Shown piece by piece: positions 62,135-64,000 of a stretch of 64,000 bases of DNA. The notes beneath the pieces were generated by a model. It was not told where the DNA came from, did no database searches, and saw only the letters and a program-made list of their open reading frames with translations. The position numbers were made by a program, and so were the translations under genes. Positions within the stretch are counted from its first letter, which is position 1, and every line of letters begins with the position of its first letter. Origin of the DNA: Candidatus Methylomirabilia bacterium (GTDB lineage: Bacteria > Methylomirabilota > Methylomirabilia > Rokubacteriales > CSP1-6); assembly GCA_041499965.1 (NCBI GenBank), contig JBGQLG010000007.1:1647-65646 (forward strand). Reading direction: 5' to 3'.

Positions 62135-64000
62135 CAGGTCCGCTGCGTCAGCGCCGTCTCGAGGGCCTCGCGGAGGCGCTCGGTCGCCGCCGGCTCGTCG
62201 AGCTTGCGGCCCTCGCGGTCGTGTACGTAAAAGGTGTCGAGCGCCTGATCGATCTCGGTGGCGATGCGGGCACTGGCGATGTCGAGGCCCTGGGCCGAGA
62301 GCGTCCGGGTGATGAGGTAGAGCAGGCCCAGGCGGTCGGGACACTTGACCTCGACGACGGTGTCGGTGTCGGACAGGCGGTTGTCGATCGCGATCTTCGG
62401 TCGCACGAGCCCATCGGCGCCGGCCCGCACCGCCCGCTGCCTCCGCTCGAGCAGCGCTTCCACCGATTGCTCGCGCACCAGGACCGAGCGCAGCGCGTCG
62501 AGCAGCCGGTTCCACTGGGTGGCCGAGGTGACGGCCTCGCCGGCCGGATCGTTGACCTGGAAGGTGTCGATGGCCACGCCGTCGGCGCGCGTGGCGATCT
62601 GAGCCGAGATGATGTTCACGCCGTGCGCCGCCAGCGTGCCGGCGATGAGCGCGAACAACCCGGGCACGTCGCGGGTCACCACCACCAGCGCCGAGGAGCC
62701 GAGGTCGGGATGGTGGAACAGCTCGGTGGCGACGGGTGTCGAGTCGAGCTGGGCGATGAGCCGCAGGTGCGCGGCCATGCGCTGCACGCTGGTGTTGGTC
62801 AGGTAGCGGTCACCCACCATCGCCACGTGCGCCTTCACCGCCTGCAGGGGGACGTCGTCCCCGACGATGGCCTGCAGCCGCTCGGCGAACCGCGTGCGGT
62901 TGGGCTTCTCCTCGTGGCCGCCGGTCAGGCGGGCCAGCGTGCGCGTGTACAGCTCGTGCAGGATGGCCGCCTGCCAGCCGGTCAGCACGCCGGGCCCGAC
63001 CGCGCGCATGTCGGCGAAGGTTAATAGATATAGCATGCGCAGCCGTTGGGGATCGCCCACGGTGGTCGCGAAGTCGCCGATCGTCCGGGGATCGTCGATG
63101 TCCCGGCGCTGGGCGATGTGCGACATGGTCAGGTGGTGGGCGACCAGGAACTCCACCAGCGCGCCGTCCTCCGGCGCCAGGCCCAGCCGCCGCGTGAGGC
63201 CCTGGATGAGCGGGATGCCCTTGGCCACGTGGCCGTGGCCCTTGGCCTTGCCGATGTCGTGCAGCAGCATGCCCAGCATCAGGAGGCCCGGCTTCTCCAC
63301 CTCGTTGAACACCTGGGCGGCGCCCTCGGAATCGGCCGACTGGCCGGGAGCCAGCGCCTCCAGGTGCTCGACGGCCAGTAGCGAGTGCTGGTCGGCCGAG
63401 AACTTGTGATAGACGTCGTACTGCACCAGGCAGGTCAGCGCGCCGAACTCCGGCAGGTAGCGGCCCAGCACGCCCAGCTCGTGCATCTCCGACAGCGTCA
63501 GCGCCACCCGCCCCCACGAGCGGCAGATGTCGAGAAAGACGTCCCGCACCGACGACGCCGCCCGCACCCCGTCGTCGATCACGTCGATCGAGTCCTCGAG
63601 GGCGCGCTCCAGGTCGGGCGCGAGGTCGCAGCCGAGCCGGTGCAGGTGCCAGAAGACCCGCATGAGGCGCACCGGGTCGCCGCGCAGCGCGTCGGGGTTG
63701 CGGTCGGCCAGGTGCAGGCGTCCGTCGTAGAACACGAGGCCGTCGGCCAGGGCCTGCTGGCGCTGGCGGCGCTCGGCCGAGCCCCGGCGCGACAGCGTCT
63801 CCTGGCAGCGCGCGATCAGCCGGCGGCTCATGCGGTGGATCCGGCGGGCGTGCAGGTAGTACTCGCGCATGAAGCGCTCGACGCCGAGGGTGTCACCGTC
63901 GTCCGTGTAGCCGAGGTTCTGGGCGATCTTCGGCTGCAGGTCGCGCGTCAGCACGTCGTTCTTGTGGCCGGAGAAGAAGTGCAGCTCGTTGCGCGTGCGC
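62134..64000 (-). CDS. glnD: [protein-PII] uridylyltransferase/uridylyl-removing enzyme, C-terminal about 620 aa (5' end outside window)
   Basis: HD domain (LLHDIGK) and two C-terminal ACT domains (VVVTRDVPGLFALIAGTLAAHGVNI and VEVKCPDRLGLLYLITRTLSAQGLDI). The frame stays open to position 64000. Confidence 0.85.
   Translation of the reverse strand, partial: RTRNELHFFSGHKNDVLTRDLQPKIAQNLGYTDDGDTLGVERFMREYYLHARRIHRMSRRLIARCQETLSRRGSAERRQRQQALADGLVFYDGRLHLADRNPDALRGDPVRLMRVFWHLHRLGCDLAPDLERALEDSIDVIDDGVRAASSVRDVFLDICRSWGRVALTLSEMHELGVLGRYLPEFGALTCLVQYDVYHKFSADQHSLLAVEHLEALAPGQSADSEGAAQVFNEVEKPGLLMLGMLLHDIGKAKGHGHVAKGIPLIQGLTRRLGLAPEDGALVEFLVAHHLTMSHIAQRRDIDDPRTIGDFATTVGDPQRLRMLYLLTFADMRAVGPGVLTGWQAAILHELYTRTLARLTGGHEEKPNRTRFAERLQAIVGDDVPLQAVKAHVAMVGDRYLTNTSVQRMAAHLRLIAQLDSTPVATELFHHPDLGSSALVVVTRDVPGLFALIAGTLAAHGVNIISAQIATRADGVAIDTFQVNDPAGEAVTSATQWNRLLDALRSVLVREQSVEALLERRQRAVRAGADGLVRPKIAIDNRLSDTDTVVEVKCPDRLGLLYLITRTLSAQGLDIASARIATEIDQALDTFYVHDREGRKLDEPAATERLREALETALTQRT

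Noticed and set aside
62135-62515. N-terminal 127-aa extension of the track ORF 59468..62515
   Set aside because: The extension overlaps the 3' end of glnD in another frame and is Arg/Pro/Gly low-complexity. ATG 62134 forms a typical TGATG stop/start junction with glnD.
1-64000. Search for rRNA, tRNA, CRISPR arrays, transposases, integrases, toxin-antitoxin pairs or known phage-defence genes
   Set aside because: Nothing recognisable was found. The intergenic regions are short and none folds by eye into a cloverleaf. The only repeated spacer-like structure is the REP-like element reported above. It lacks unique spacers and cas genes.

Overview
This is a high-GC (roughly 68-70% by eye) bacterial chromosomal segment, densely coding on both strands. 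I can support about 65 protein genes. I found no rRNA or tRNA genes, CRISPR arrays, transposases, integrases or phage genes. Many long ORFs in the six-frame track are antisense shadow ORFs typical of high-GC DNA and were discarded.

Supported content:
- Three Dpp/Opp-type peptide ABC loci, none with an ATPase gene in the window.
- A TRAP transporter next to a MetE-like gene.
- A DUF2282/DUF692/DUF2063/DoxX (bufferin-type MNIO RiPP) cluster. It is tightly linked to an adenylate cyclase, an NDH-2 fused to a cNMP-binding domain, and a ZAS-type anti-sigma protein.
- A major pilin gene and a separate minor-pilin operon, both with sigma54-like promoters.
- A BigR/SqrR-type sulfide-detoxification module (persulfide dioxygenase-rhodanese, ArsR-family repressor, thioredoxin) with a very clear AT-rich promoter/operator.
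- A BcrAD/BadFG-type activase with two DUF2229/dehydratase-like proteins and a diiron protein.
- tesA-ybbA-ybbP.
- A CDP-alcohol phosphatidyltransferase fused in frame to an Slt lytic transglycosylase.
- A partial glnD.

Most interesting call: the radical SAM ORF at 40141 does not appear to end at its TGA (41566). Read-through gives a Cys-Sec-Ala-Glu-Pro (CUAEP) tail, and a SECIS-like hairpin sits at the expected distance. This points to a selenoprotein radical SAM enzyme in an operon with a NifU-like protein and an ATP-grasp ligase, a candidate uncharacterised system.

Also notable is a structured about 70-nt intergenic repeat family (4 copies, 2 loci) showing compensatory base changes in its stem.

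All functional calls come from reading the translated ORFs and recalling family motifs. No database search was run.
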